DNA of 64,000 nt from an uncultured Chloroflexia bacterium (GTDB taxonomy: Bacteria; Chloroflexota; Limnocylindria; Limnocylindrales; CSP1-4). Shown piece after piece: positions 1-9,097 of this stretch; the stretch's first letter is position 1, and every line of letters begins with the position of its first letter. Location of the stretch: assembly GCA_963746845.1 (NCBI GenBank), contig CAVVCZ010000004.1:128001-192000 (forward strand). Reading direction: 5' to 3'. Under the pieces are notes generated by a model. The model worked only from the letters and a program-made list of their open reading frames with translations. It did no database searches and was not told the DNA's origin. The position numbers were made by a program, and so were the translations under genes.

Positions 1-2
1 CC

Positions 3-1088
3 GACGGGCACGTCGACCTGGCAGTTGTGAACGACGGCAGCGACACGGTGAGCATCCTCCTCGGTCAAGGCACCGGCGCGTTCGCCGCTGCGGTCCCGTA
101 TGCCACCGGCCACGTGCCGAAGGGCGCCACGATCGCCGACATCGACGGCGACGGACATCTCGACGTCCTGACCGCCAACACCGGTGGCAACGGGGACGGC
201 GTCACCGGCCGGCCCGGTGGCGACGTGATGAGCCTGCTGCTCGGGAACGGCAATGGCACGTTCCAGTCGCCGACAAGCTACCCCGCCGGTCAGACCTCGT
301 TCTCGATCACGACCGGCCTGCTCAACGCCGACAGCAAACCCGACGTCGTCACCGCCAACTGGGAGGGCAACGGCGCGTCGGTCATGTTGAACACGAGCGG
401 CGGATCCGGCCCGCCGCCTCCGTCCGACACGACCCCACCGACCGTCGACGTCACGGGAGTTTCCTTCCGGACGGCGCTGACGGCGAGCGCCACGGCCCAG
501 CCGGTCCTGGTGCGCTGGACTGCAGGCGACGACGACAGCGGCCTGGCGTCATTCGTCGTCACACGGACGATCGACGGCGGGCCGGTGGCCACGCTCGCGA
601 CGCTCGGCCCCTCCGCGCGCTCCTACGGCACGAGCATCGCGCCGGGCCATACGGCGACGTTCACCGTCCAGGCAAGGGACGTCGCGGGCAATGTCAACGC
701 CTCGGCCGGCTCGGCGCGCCCCGCGATCTACCAGGACGGGACGTCCTACAGCTCGTATCACGGGACCTGGACCACGTCCCGGAGCACCAGCGCGATCGGC
801 GGAACCACGCGGTTCGCGACGAAGACCGGAGCGAGCGCCACCTTCCGGTTCACCGGTCGCGCCGTGGCGCTCGTCGCTCCGCTGAGCCCCATCCGGGGCC
901 GGGTCAAGGTGTACGTGGACAGCGTCTATGTCACGACCGTGACCCTGACGTCGACGTCCGGACATTCCCGTCAGGTCGTGTTCGAGCGAGCGTGGACGAC
1001 GTCAGGCGCTCACACGATGACCCTGATCGCGAACGGTCCCTCGGGCCATCCGCGGGTCGACATCGATGCCTGGATGATCATCCGATAG
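3..1088 (+). CDS. FG-GAP/VCBS repeat surface protein with C-terminal beta-sandwich domains (5' partial)
   Basis: Frame open from window edge (DGHVDLAVVN); repeats DIDGDGHLDVLTAN and LNADSKPDVVTAN; Pro linker; C-terminal ...GHPRVDIDA domain. Confidence 0.85.
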   Translation, partial: DGHVDLAVVNDGSDTVSILLGQGTGAFAAAVPYATGHVPKGATIADIDGDGHLDVLTANTGGNGDGVTGRPGGDVMSLLLGNGNGTFQSPTSYPAGQTSFSITTGLLNADSKPDVVTANWEGNGASVMLNTSGGSGPPPPSDTTPPTVDVTGVSFRTALTASATAQPVLVRWTAGDDDSGLASFVVTRTIDGGPVATLATLGPSARSYGTSIAPGHTATFTVQARDVAGNVNASAGSARPAIYQDGTSYSSYHGTWTTSRSTSAIGGTTRFATKTGASATFRFTGRAVALVAPLSPIRGRVKVYVDSVYVTTVTLTSTSGHSRQVVFERAWTTSGAHTMTLIANGPSGHPRVDIDAWMIIR

Positions 1089-1218
1089 CGAGCCGACCGC
1101 GCTCGCGTCGAGGGCCGCGGCGTGGGTTCCCGCGGCGGCATCCGCTGCCGCCCTCGCCGCCTTGGCCGTCCGGACGGCATACTGCAGACCGAGCCCACGA
1201 CGATCGGATGGAGGATCC

Positions 1219-1836
1219 ATGGCACGCGATGACGAGCGCCGACGGCGCGCGGAACAGGAGCCGATCGTCGGGGGTCTGCCGGACGCCCCGGGGATCCTGG
1301 CGGCGATCCGCCTGACACCGAACCTCGGAGTCCATCTCCGAGGGCTCGCCGACGAGCTGCTCGTCAACGACTTCCCGGGTGCCACGATCAGCCGCCCGCA
1401 GCGAGAGATGCTCGCGACGGCCACGTCCGCGGCGAACGACTGCTTCTACTGCATGGACTCGCACGGCGCGTTCGCGACGGCGCTCCTCGAGACGAACGGT
1501 GCCGACGAGCTCGTGCCGCTGATCGACGAGATCAAGCAGGGGTCGTCCGACGGGCTCGACCCGAAGATGCAGGCCCTGCTCCACATCACCCGGACGGTCC
1601 GGCGCGATCCGCTCGAGCTCACGGACGCCGATGTCGCGGCGGCCCACGCCGAAGGGGCGAGCGACGGCGACGTCCAGCTCGCGGTCCTGATCGCGGCCGC
1701 GTTCTCGATGTACAACCGGATGGTCGACGGGTTCCGGGCACGGACGCCGCCGACGGCCGAGGCCTATCGCGACCGCGCCGGCGAGATCGCGGCGCACGGA
1801 TACAGCGCGCCCCAGGTCCAGTCCGTCCCGCGCTAG
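1219..1836 (+). CDS. Carboxymuconolactone decarboxylase / AhpD-like peroxidase-related protein
   Basis: REMLATATSAANDCFYCMDSH (CxxC-H) motif; GGAGG RBS before ATG 1219. Confidence 0.85.
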   Translation: MARDDERRRRAEQEPIVGGLPDAPGILAAIRLTPNLGVHLRGLADELLVNDFPGATISRPQREMLATATSAANDCFYCMDSHGAFATALLETNGADELVPLIDEIKQGSSDGLDPKMQALLHITRTVRRDPLELTDADVAAAHAEGASDGDVQLAVLIAAAFSMYNRMVDGFRARTPPTAEAYRDRAGEIAAHGYSAPQVQSVPR

Positions 1837-1867
1837 CTCCCGGGCCATCCGCGCGGCGTGCCGCCGT

Positions 1868-2254
1868 TCAACCCTTCGGCTGGACCACCGACAGGACATT
1901 CCGGCTCGGATCGAGGAACCAGGCCGCCCACGAGTGGCCCATGTCGGCGACCCCGTCGACCGTCACCGGGTCCGGCGCGGCGTAGTCCTCGATCCTGACG
2001 CCCATCGCGCGGAGCTCGGCGACGGCAGCGTGGATGTCGGGGACGCGCCACGCCATCTGCGTCTGGGTGTCGGTCGTTCCGACCGTGCTCTCGGTGACCA
2101 CGAGCTGTGTGCCGGCACCGCACCGGAAGACGATCCGGTCCGGGTCCCGGCGGGCGACCTCGAGCCCGAGCAGGTCGCGGTAGAACGTCAGGCTGGCGTC
2201 CAGGTTCGTCGACAGGAGGATGGGGAACACCGGTCCGTCGTTGAGGATGCCCAT
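1868..2254 (-). CDS. VOC (glyoxalase/bleomycin resistance) family protein
   Basis: FYRDLLGL...AWFLDPSRNVL pattern; start refined to MGILND. Confidence 0.85.
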   Translation of the reverse strand: MGILNDGPVFPILLSTNLDASLTFYRDLLGLEVARRDPDRIVFRCGAGTQLVVTESTVGTTDTQTQMAWRVPDIHAAVAELRAMGVRIEDYAAPDPVTVDGVADMGHSWAAWFLDPSRNVLSVVQPKG

Positions 2255-2262
2255 GGAATGCG

Positions 2263-2508
2263 TCAGGCCTTCGCGGCGGCTCCGCTCCCGATCGACTGGC
2301 CGATCGCGGCGATCAGCTGCCGGGCCTGCTCGCGATCCTTCTCGTTGGGGTGGTCGTGGTCGGCCATCATCCCGCAGTACACGCTGTGGATCGCCTGCGT
2401 CATCGTGTCGACGTCGGCCATCCATACGCCGCGTTCGAGGAGGGCGCCCATCGCGTCGTCCACGGTTGCGCGGTGCATCGCATCGTCGAGAGCTTCTCGC
2501 GTCGTCAT
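2263..2508 (-). CDS. Small hypothetical protein
   Basis: 81-aa ORF with GGAGGT RBS; IHSVYCG...DHDHP motif; co-oriented with the VOC gene. Confidence 0.6.
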   Translation of the reverse strand: MTTREALDDAMHRATVDDAMGALLERGVWMADVDTMTQAIHSVYCGMMADHDHPNEKDREQARQLIAAIGQSIGSGAAAKA

Positions 2509-2663
2509 CGGGGACACCTCCGCCGATAGCCTAACGCTGCGAGTGTGCCCACACCATGCGAATGCTGCGTCCCCACCTTGACCCGTGACAGCCGAACGCC
2601 GATGCTGGCGCCGGTCTCCCGAGCCACTGCTGCGTGGCCGGACGCCACTGGAGGGCTCGCCGG

Positions 2664-3674
2664 ATGAAGAACCCACCCATCCTGGTCGCGGTCATCGGCT
2701 TCTTCGGGGCGCTGGCTGGCTTCGGCTACCTGTTCTTCGGGCTGCGCGTGCTCGGCTTTGACTGGTTCGGCGCCCTGGGCGACCTGCCGGCCGTCGAGCA
2801 CGTCGGATTGTGGGGCTGGCTGGCCGTCGCGACCGGGATCGTGTGGATCCTCGCGGCGCTCGGTCTCTGGTCGCTCCAACCATGGGCTCGCCTGTTCGCG
2901 ATGCTCATCGCGGGCTTCGCGCTGTTCGAGGCGGTCCTCGCGTTCTTCAGCGCCCCCGGCAGCGGTATCGGCTTCGGCATGGCGATCATGCCCGCCCTGA
3001 TCCTGTGGTACCTGAGCACGAACGAGGTGAAGGCCGCGTTCGAAGAGGACGTTCCGGCGGAACCCGTCCCATCGGCGGCTCCCGCGGCATTCGCGGCCGC
3101 CGTGCCGGTCGCGACCAGGGCACCGGAGCCCCCTGCGGCTCCCGTGGCCGCCGCCGTGGCTCCGGTGGCGGCCGCCGCGGCCGTGACGCCTGCGGCCCCT
3201 GTCGCGCCCGCGACACCCGCGGCCCCGGTCGCGCCCGCGGCGACGCCCGCCGTGGGATCCGGAGGGTCGACGAAGCTCGTGGACATCGAGGGGATCGGAT
3301 CGTCGCAGGCGGCCACGCTCGCGGCGGCGGGCATCGTCACGACCGACGATCTGCTCCGCGCCGCATCGAGGCGCATCGACCGCGACCGGATCGCCGCGGC
3401 GACCGGGATCAGTGCGGGGCAGCTCCTGGAGTGGGTCAACAAGGCGGACCTCATGCGCCTGCCCGGCGTCGGCCCGGAATACAGCGACCTGCTCGAGGCC
3501 GCGGGCGTCGATTCGCCCGCCGAGCTCGCCCAGCGCAACCCGGCAAACCTGGCGACCACGTTCCAGGAGGTCGTCGCCGCGCGACCCGACATCGTGCGCC
3601 GCGTCCCCGGCGAAGCCGAGGTCGCGGGCTGGATCGAGGAAGCGAAGAGGCTCGACAAGGTCGTCGAGCACTGA
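2664..3674 (+). CDS. Membrane protein with Ala/Pro linker and C-terminal DUF4332 (HhH-like) domain
   Basis: About 4 N-terminal hydrophobic helices; AP-rich linker; DIEGIG...WVNKADLMRLPGVGPEYSDLLEAAGVDS. Confidence 0.8.
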   Translation: MKNPPILVAVIGFFGALAGFGYLFFGLRVLGFDWFGALGDLPAVEHVGLWGWLAVATGIVWILAALGLWSLQPWARLFAMLIAGFALFEAVLAFFSAPGSGIGFGMAIMPALILWYLSTNEVKAAFEEDVPAEPVPSAAPAAFAAAVPVATRAPEPPAAPVAAAVAPVAAAAAVTPAAPVAPATPAAPVAPAATPAVGSGGSTKLVDIEGIGSSQAATLAAAGIVTTDDLLRAASRRIDRDRIAAATGISAGQLLEWVNKADLMRLPGVGPEYSDLLEAAGVDSPAELAQRNPANLATTFQEVVAARPDIVRRVPGEAEVAGWIEEAKRLDKVVEH

Positions 3675-3801
3675 TCGCCGCGCGGTCGGCGGGCGGTCGG
3701 CCTGGCTCGAGGAGCCATTGCGGCCCGCCGACCGCCGAGACGCGCATCGCGGGCACCGCGCCCATCCCGGGTCGTTGATCGGAGTGGCTACGATAGGGTC
3801 C

Positions 3802-5532
3802 ATGCCGGACCCGTCACACCTGCATGTCACCCGGGGCGCGCCGGGGCCGGGCGACCCTGCCGTCCCTCGACGCGACGACGCGCTTCCCGTCATCCTCCTC
3901 GTGGACGACGAGGACGCGTCGCGCTCGGCGCTCCTCGAGGCCGTCGACCGACGATACGGACACGACTACGACGTGACGGCCGAGTCGTCGGCGGCAGAGG
4001 CGATGCGCCGACTGGAGGACCTGCACGAGAACGGTCGGCCGGTCGCGATGGTCGTCGCGGACCATTGGATGGCCGGCGAGACCGGCGCGTCGCTGCTCGC
4101 GCGGTCGCGCCGGCTGCATCCCCAGGCCCAGCGGCTGCTCCTGACCGACTGGTCCGACTTCACCGCCCTCGACGCCACCGTTCAGTCGATCATCCTCGGC
4201 GAGATCGACACCTGGGTCGCTCGGCCGTTCGGACCCTCCGACGAGGAGTTCCATACCGTCCTCACGGCGTCGCTCGCCCGATGGACGCACGAGAGCGATC
4301 GGGCCGGCGTGGCCCTCACGATCGTCGGCGATCCATGGGACACGGCAGCGGGCGCGCTCCGGGACGCATTCGCGCGCCTCCTCGTGCCATTCGCGTTCCG
4401 CGATGCCCAATCGCCGGAGGGCCACGCCATGCTCGAGGCGGCCGGGACCGAGGGCCCACTGCCGGTGGTGGTCCTGGCCGATGGGCGGGCTCTGGCGCAG
4501 CCGGGGTTGGCCGACATCTCGGCTGCGCTCGGCATCCAGAGCTCGGTGAGCGACGGCCGCGTCGACGTCGCCGTGATCGGCGGTGGTCCGGCCGGGCTCG
4601 CGGCGGCGGTCTACGGCGCGTCGGAAGGCCTGACCGTGACCGTGATCGAGTCGACCGCCATCGGGGGTCAGGCGAGCTCGAGCCCGATGATGCGGAACTA
4701 TCTCGGATTCCCGGCCGGGGTCACCGGTGCCGAACTGACGGCGCGTGGGTTCCAGCAGGCCCTGACGTTCGGTGCGAAGTTCGTCTTCGGCAGATCCGCG
4801 ACAGACCTTCGTGCCGAGGGCGAGGACCTGGTGCTCACCCTCGACGATTCGTCGGAGCTGCGGACGGGCGCCGTTGTCGTCGCGACCGGCGTTTCCTACC
4901 GACGGGTTGGCGTCGAACGCCTGGAGGCGCTCGTCGGGCGCGGGGTCTTCTACGGCTCCGGAACGAGCGAGGCGCGCGCGATCGAAGGGGAGCGCGTCTA
5001 CGTCGTCGGCGGCGCCAACTCGGCCGGGTCCGCGGCGATGCACCTGGCGCGGCACGCGGCCCACGTCACGCTCCTCGTCCGCGGCGGATCGATCTCGGAC
5101 ACGATGTCCGACTACCTGATCCGCGAGATCGACAACGCGGCCAACGTCGACGTCCGGCTGAGCACGGAGATCGTGGACGTCCGCGGCGACCTCAGGCTGG
5201 AGGGGCTCGTCCTGCGTGATCGGGTGACCGGAACGACGGACGAGGTGCCCGCGGCCGCGACGTTCATCCTGATCGGCGCGGCCCCGCGGACCGCCTGGCT
5301 CCCGCCGGAGGTCGCCCGCGACGACCACGGGTTCATCCTCACCGGCGAGCAGCGGCCCGATCCCACCGACGGGCTCGGCCTGGCCACGACCATGCCCGGC
5401 GTGTTCGCCGCGGGCGACGTCCGCAACAACCCCGTGAAGCGCGTGGCCGCGGCGGTCGGCGACGGTTCGACCGCCATTCGCCAGATCCACGAGCTCCGCA
5501 TCCAGCGCCGGCATGCCTCGACCCCCGTCTGA
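3802..5532 (+). CDS. Receiver domain-thioredoxin reductase-like FAD oxidoreductase fusion
   Basis: N-terminal VILLVDD...VVADHWM receiver; IGGGPAG, VVGGANSAG and PGVFAAGDVR flavoprotein motifs. Confidence 0.85.
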   Translation: MPDPSHLHVTRGAPGPGDPAVPRRDDALPVILLVDDEDASRSALLEAVDRRYGHDYDVTAESSAAEAMRRLEDLHENGRPVAMVVADHWMAGETGASLLARSRRLHPQAQRLLLTDWSDFTALDATVQSIILGEIDTWVARPFGPSDEEFHTVLTASLARWTHESDRAGVALTIVGDPWDTAAGALRDAFARLLVPFAFRDAQSPEGHAMLEAAGTEGPLPVVVLADGRALAQPGLADISAALGIQSSVSDGRVDVAVIGGGPAGLAAAVYGASEGLTVTVIESTAIGGQASSSPMMRNYLGFPAGVTGAELTARGFQQALTFGAKFVFGRSATDLRAEGEDLVLTLDDSSELRTGAVVVATGVSYRRVGVERLEALVGRGVFYGSGTSEARAIEGERVYVVGGANSAGSAAMHLARHAAHVTLLVRGGSISDTMSDYLIREIDNAANVDVRLSTEIVDVRGDLRLEGLVLRDRVTGTTDEVPAAATFILIGAAPRTAWLPPEVARDDHGFILTGEQRPDPTDGLGLATTMPGVFAAGDVRNNPVKRVAAAVGDGSTAIRQIHELRIQRRHASTPV

Positions 5533-5562
5533 GGGGTCGCGGGGATCGAGGTCGGGATCAGC

Positions 5563-5598
5563 ATGAAAGACGACATTCCGATGAAAGACGACATTCCG
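5563..5598 (+). repeat. Perfect 18-bp tandem duplication ATGAAAGACGACATTCCG x2
   Basis: Directly visible; encodes MKDDIP twice. Confidence 0.95.
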
Positions 5599-6048
5599 CC
5601 GACCGGGACCCATGGCGCGAGGATGCCGCCCGGCCGGATGCTTCGGTTCGGGACGGGCGTCGTCGCGCTGCTCTACCGGGTCACTGGTGGGCTCACTGGT
5701 GGACACCACATGCTGCTGCTCACGACGATCGGCGCCCGTTCGGGAGCCCAGCGGACCGCCTCGCTGCGGCGCTTCGAGGATGGCCCGGGTCGCTGGCTCG
5801 TCGTCGGGTCAGCCGGTGGCGCGGCCAGGCATCCGTCGTGGCTGTTCAACCTCGTCGCCAATCCCGATCAGGCCTCCATCGAAATCGACCGCGACCGGTT
5901 CAAGATCCGACCCGAGATTCTCGGTGGCGATGAACGATCCGTCGCGTGGCGACGGATCGTCGCGGAAGCCCCGCAGTTCGGCAAGTACGAGCACTCGACC
6001 GACCGCGAGATCCCGGTCGTCCGGCTGACCCGCGAGACCTTAGGATGA
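5563..6048 (+). CDS. Deazaflavin (F420)-dependent nitroreductase (DDN) family protein
   Basis: LLLTTIGARSG..R, GSAGGAARHPSWLFNLVANP, TDREIPVVRL. Confidence 0.9.
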   Translation: MKDDIPMKDDIPPTGTHGARMPPGRMLRFGTGVVALLYRVTGGLTGGHHMLLLTTIGARSGAQRTASLRRFEDGPGRWLVVGSAGGAARHPSWLFNLVANPDQASIEIDRDRFKIRPEILGGDERSVAWRRIVAEAPQFGKYEHSTDREIPVVRLTRETLG

Positions 6049-6052
6049 CCCG

Positions 6053-6736
6053 ATGACGACCCAGCTTCGCGTGCTCGTCGAACAGCCCACCCGAGGCAAG
6101 CGCTGAGTGGCCGTCGCGGCGGACTGGCCGGGTCTGGAGCGCGGCGGCAAGACAGAGGACGAGGCGGTCGAGAAGCTCGGCCGCTACGTGCCGCGCTACC
6201 TCCCCGTCGCGAAGCGCGTCCGGTTGGATACGGAGCTCGCGACCCAGACCGACCCGGAGATCATCGGCCGGTACCTTGGCGTCGGCTCGACGACTTCTGG
6301 GGCATCTCGTTCGCGCCCTCGCCGCTCGACCGCGAGCCGTTCGACGCGCCGACCTTCGACCGTCAGGTGGGGCTGCTGCGCGCCGCGGGGCCGAGTTCGA
6401 CGAGACGGCCGCCCGGGTCTCGGCGGAGCTCCGGCCCGGTCCCGGGGCGGCGGCCGCTCCCGCGACCAGATCGTGCGGCATGTCCTGGGGAACGAGGGCG
6501 GCGACTTCGCGAAGCGCGTGAAGGCGAAGACCGAGCTGGATGACCTGCAGACGCCGGGCGAGGTCGCCCAGCACCGCGACCGCTTCGTCGAGGCGATGCG
6601 CACGTGGTACGCGGAGGGCAAGCCGCTCGGCAACTGGACGGTCCCGTACCTGCTCCGCCACACGGCGTACCACGTGCTCGATCACACCTGGGAGATGCAG
6701 GACCGAAATCTGACGGACGACGCCCCCGCTGGATGA
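6053..6736 (+). pseudogene. Conserved hypothetical protein interrupted by an in-frame TGA and about 3 frameshifts (pseudogene or sequencing errors)
   Basis: ATG 6053 MTTQLRVLVEQPTRGKR*VAVAADWPG; alternative frames give TDFWGISFAPS...AEFDETAARVSAELRPG and rejoin GGGRSRDQIVRH...LRHTAYHVLDHTWE. Confidence 0.65.
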
Positions 6737-6777
6737 CTTCAGAGCGGGGCGGCGCAGCCAGTGTCGGGAGGGCGGCG

Positions 6778-7356
6778 ATGCCGGGATTGTTCAACCGGGT
6801 GTTGGGCAGGGGTCCGACTCGAGAGGCCGGAACTCCGCCGTTCACGCTTGAGCTCCCTGACGGGTGGGCGGGCGGCCACGGGAACACGGCCTACATGGAC
6901 GCGCTTCGCGACTACGCACTTGCCCACCCCGAGTGTCGCGATCGCGTGAAGGGGCTCCTGGAGAACGCAAGGGCGGACCATGGGACGCTGCTGTATGCGG
7001 CTGCCGCCGCTTGGGGTCCGGAGGCAAGACTTGTCGTGACCACCGGGGAGCTACCCCGCGACTCGGCGATCGACGATGCTCTCGAAGAATCGGTCGCCAC
7101 GAACCTCGAGGCGATCGTCTCTCGCAAGGATCTTGTCGGGGCACCGACCGCAACACGTGTCGACCGTCCATACCCAGGGCGTGTGGTCCGTTGGAGCTGG
7201 GACCATGAGGGTGCGCCGCCAAGCAGTTTCACGGCGTACGTCTTCGCTGCTGACGGCCGCCTGTGGGAGCTCACATTCGGAGCTCCGACGCGTCCGTTGG
7301 CCGCATCGGACGACGAGACATTCCGGGCAATCGCCTCCTCGTTTCGAGCGACGTAG
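6778..7356 (+). CDS. Hypothetical protein
   Basis: GGAGGG RBS before ATG; 192-aa ORF with somewhat more A/T at third positions than neighbours. Confidence 0.6.
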   Translation: MPGLFNRVLGRGPTREAGTPPFTLELPDGWAGGHGNTAYMDALRDYALAHPECRDRVKGLLENARADHGTLLYAAAAAWGPEARLVVTTGELPRDSAIDDALEESVATNLEAIVSRKDLVGAPTATRVDRPYPGRVVRWSWDHEGAPPSSFTAYVFAADGRLWELTFGAPTRPLAASDDETFRAIASSFRAT

Positions 7357-7358
7357 AG

Positions 7359-7430
7359 CCGTCCAGCGTCACGACGGTCGTGAAGCTGCCCGAGGACTGC
7401 GTGGCATTGCCGCTTCAGTCCGTCGACCAG
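7359..7430 (+). repeat. Degenerate copy C of the msrA 3' end
   Basis: GTGAAGCTGCCCGAGGACTGCGTGGCATTGCCGCTTCAGTCCGTCGAC = VKLPEDCVALPLQSVD versus msrA [16 protein letters not shown]. Confidence 0.75.
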
Positions 7431-7458
7431 CTCGCGAGTCCGCGGAGCCCTTCCCGCC

Positions 7459-7929
7459 TCACTCCGCGGCGGCGGCCAGCGAATAGAAGCTGATGGCGGC
7501 CACGGACAGCTGGATACACAGGGCGAGCGCGTACACGGTGACGGACGCGAAGACCAGAGCATTCAGTCCGAACAGGGCTGTCGCGGTGATCCCGGAGGCG
7601 ACGACGAACTGCGTCCAGCGGACCCAGGGCACGCGCGCCTGGACGAGCTGTCGACTCCGGACGCTGATGACGAAGACCGCATAGACGAAGACCACGGCGC
7701 TCGAGACGACGATCGTCGTTCGTACGTCGCCGAGCGCGGGGAAGAGCACCGCCGGCAGCAGGCTCTCGAACGTCACGTTGAAGCTCGTCGACACGATGCC
7801 GCGGAGCCGGAAGCGCTGGCCAAACGTCCAGCCGGCCCTGTCCGACCCGAGTCCCGGTGCGATCGCCGCGAAACCCGCCACGACCACAGCGATCGTTGCG
7901 ATCCCGATCAGGAGGGCCTCACCGGGCAT
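7459..7929 (-). CDS. Hypothetical integral membrane protein
   Basis: 156 aa, about 5 hydrophobic segments. Confidence 0.7.
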   Translation of the reverse strand: MPGEALLIGIATIAVVVAGFAAIAPGLGSDRAGWTFGQRFRLRGIVSTSFNVTFESLLPAVLFPALGDVRTTIVVSSAVVFVYAVFVISVRSRQLVQARVPWVRWTQFVVASGITATALFGLNALVFASVTVYALALCIQLSVAAISFYSLAAAAE

Positions 7930-8289
7930 TCGTCGCCTGGATCCGCTCGATCTCCTGCTTGCGCGTCACCGCGAACCGCCTTCGACCCAGGACCGTCCCT
8001 CGCCCGGCGAACGATGGAGGCACCGCGGCGAACGATACAGGGCATCCGGGCCAGCGGGTCGGTCGCAGCAGTCGATGGCAGCAATCGGCTGACGCACCCG
8101 GAAGACCGAGCCCGGGAGCCGATTCCCTGAACGCGCCGGGTCGAGCCATGCGCGGCTCGCCGACGCCGGACCTGAACGCCACCATGTCGTCCCGAACCCG
8201 ATCCGCATGACGTGGATCGAGGCGGAAAGCTTCCCCGGTCTGGAAGCTCGTGCAATCGAGCCGGGCCGACGTCCAATGAGCGGGAGGCT

Positions 8290-8550
8290 GACGGAAGGCG
8301 GTGGCGATCGCCAACTCGCGAAGGTCCTGCCGGACGGCGTGTTCTTCGGTGCGTCGGTGCTCGGGCGATCCGGGCGGCACACGTGGCTGGGTCGTCGGGT
8401 CCTCGCCGCGTTCAACCGGCGCGGCGCCTTCGACAACCTCGACGACTCGGAGGACGGGCTGCGTGAGATCCTCGCCGCCTCGTTCGAGAGCGTGGAGCTC
8501 GAGACGTTCAGGTCAGTCGTGGTCTTCTCCGCGTCGAAACCGCGGGCTGG
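8290..8550 (+). pseudogene. C-terminal remnant of a class I SAM-dependent methyltransferase
   Basis: RKAVAIAN (frameshift) KVLPDGVFFGASVLG...FNRRGAFDNLDDSEDGLREILAASFESVEL...VVVFSA resembles a methyltransferase C-terminus; no SAM-binding N-terminus. Confidence 0.55.
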
Positions 8551-8567
8551 AGAACCGACGCCCGGGA

Positions 8568-8645
8568 GCGGATTGCCCGGACCACCGAACGAGCGTAACT
8601 GCCGGATGACTTCGTCGTCACGCCGTTGCAGGGGACGTCGACTGG
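8568..8645 (+). repeat. Degenerate copy B of the msrA 3' end
   Basis: TGCCCGGACCAC...CTGCCGGATGACTTCGTCGTCACGCCGTTGCAG..GTCGAC = CPDH..LPDDFVVTPLQ.VD. Confidence 0.85.
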
Positions 8646-8686
8646 TCAGTTCGGTCCGCTGCGACCATGGATGAGAGGCGCTGCAC

Positions 8687-9052
8687 ATGGAGGCGAAGCG
8701 GTCGGTCCGAGTTCCCCGCAAGTTCTGGCTCGCGGTCGCCCTCGTCGTCGTGGGTGTCCTCCTTCTGGCGCAGAACTCGACCATCGTCGTTCCCGAGATG
8801 AACTCCTACGCGGTGGTCGACCAGCGCGCCATCGCGGTGAAGGTCGGCGTCGCCCCTTGCAGCTGGACGCGAGTCACGAACGTCACCGAGACGGCCACCG
8901 AAGTTCGGGTCAAGGTCGAGACGCTGCCCTGCCCGATTCCGGGACCGGGCACGGCCGAGCTTGCCGTACGTGAGCTGACGGTGTCGCTCGCCGCCGACCT
9001 CGGCGCCCGCGTCGTGGAGGACGCGAACGGGCGGCCGGTTCCTTCGCGGTAG
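8687..9052 (+). CDS. Hypothetical membrane-anchored or secreted protein
   Basis: GAGAGG RBS; N-terminal TM helix; two Cys. Confidence 0.65.
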   Translation: MEAKRSVRVPRKFWLAVALVVVGVLLLAQNSTIVVPEMNSYAVVDQRAIAVKVGVAPCSWTRVTNVTETATEVRVKVETLPCPIPGPGTAELAVRELTVSLAADLGARVVEDANGRPVPSR

Positions 9053-9097
9053 CCGAGACCAGGTCGAACCTGTCGGGGTACTGCCGCTCGGTCGACG

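Noticed and set aside
2543-2570. Further possible msrA-tail copies (CPHHA here; also near 1175, 6710 and 9070-9095)
   Set aside because: Matches are too short to separate from chance in high-GC DNA without a profile search.
3060-3250. Repetitive DNA in the DUF4332 gene, LCP tail (44370-44440) and zinc-ribbon linker as possible CRISPR or VNTR
   Set aside because: These are in-frame low-complexity protein linkers with no repeat-spacer periodicity.
6104-6106. In-frame TGA as selenocysteine or recoding
   Set aside because: No redox-motif context, no convincing SECIS hairpin, and the same gene has several other lesions; TGA is a normal stop elsewhere in the window.
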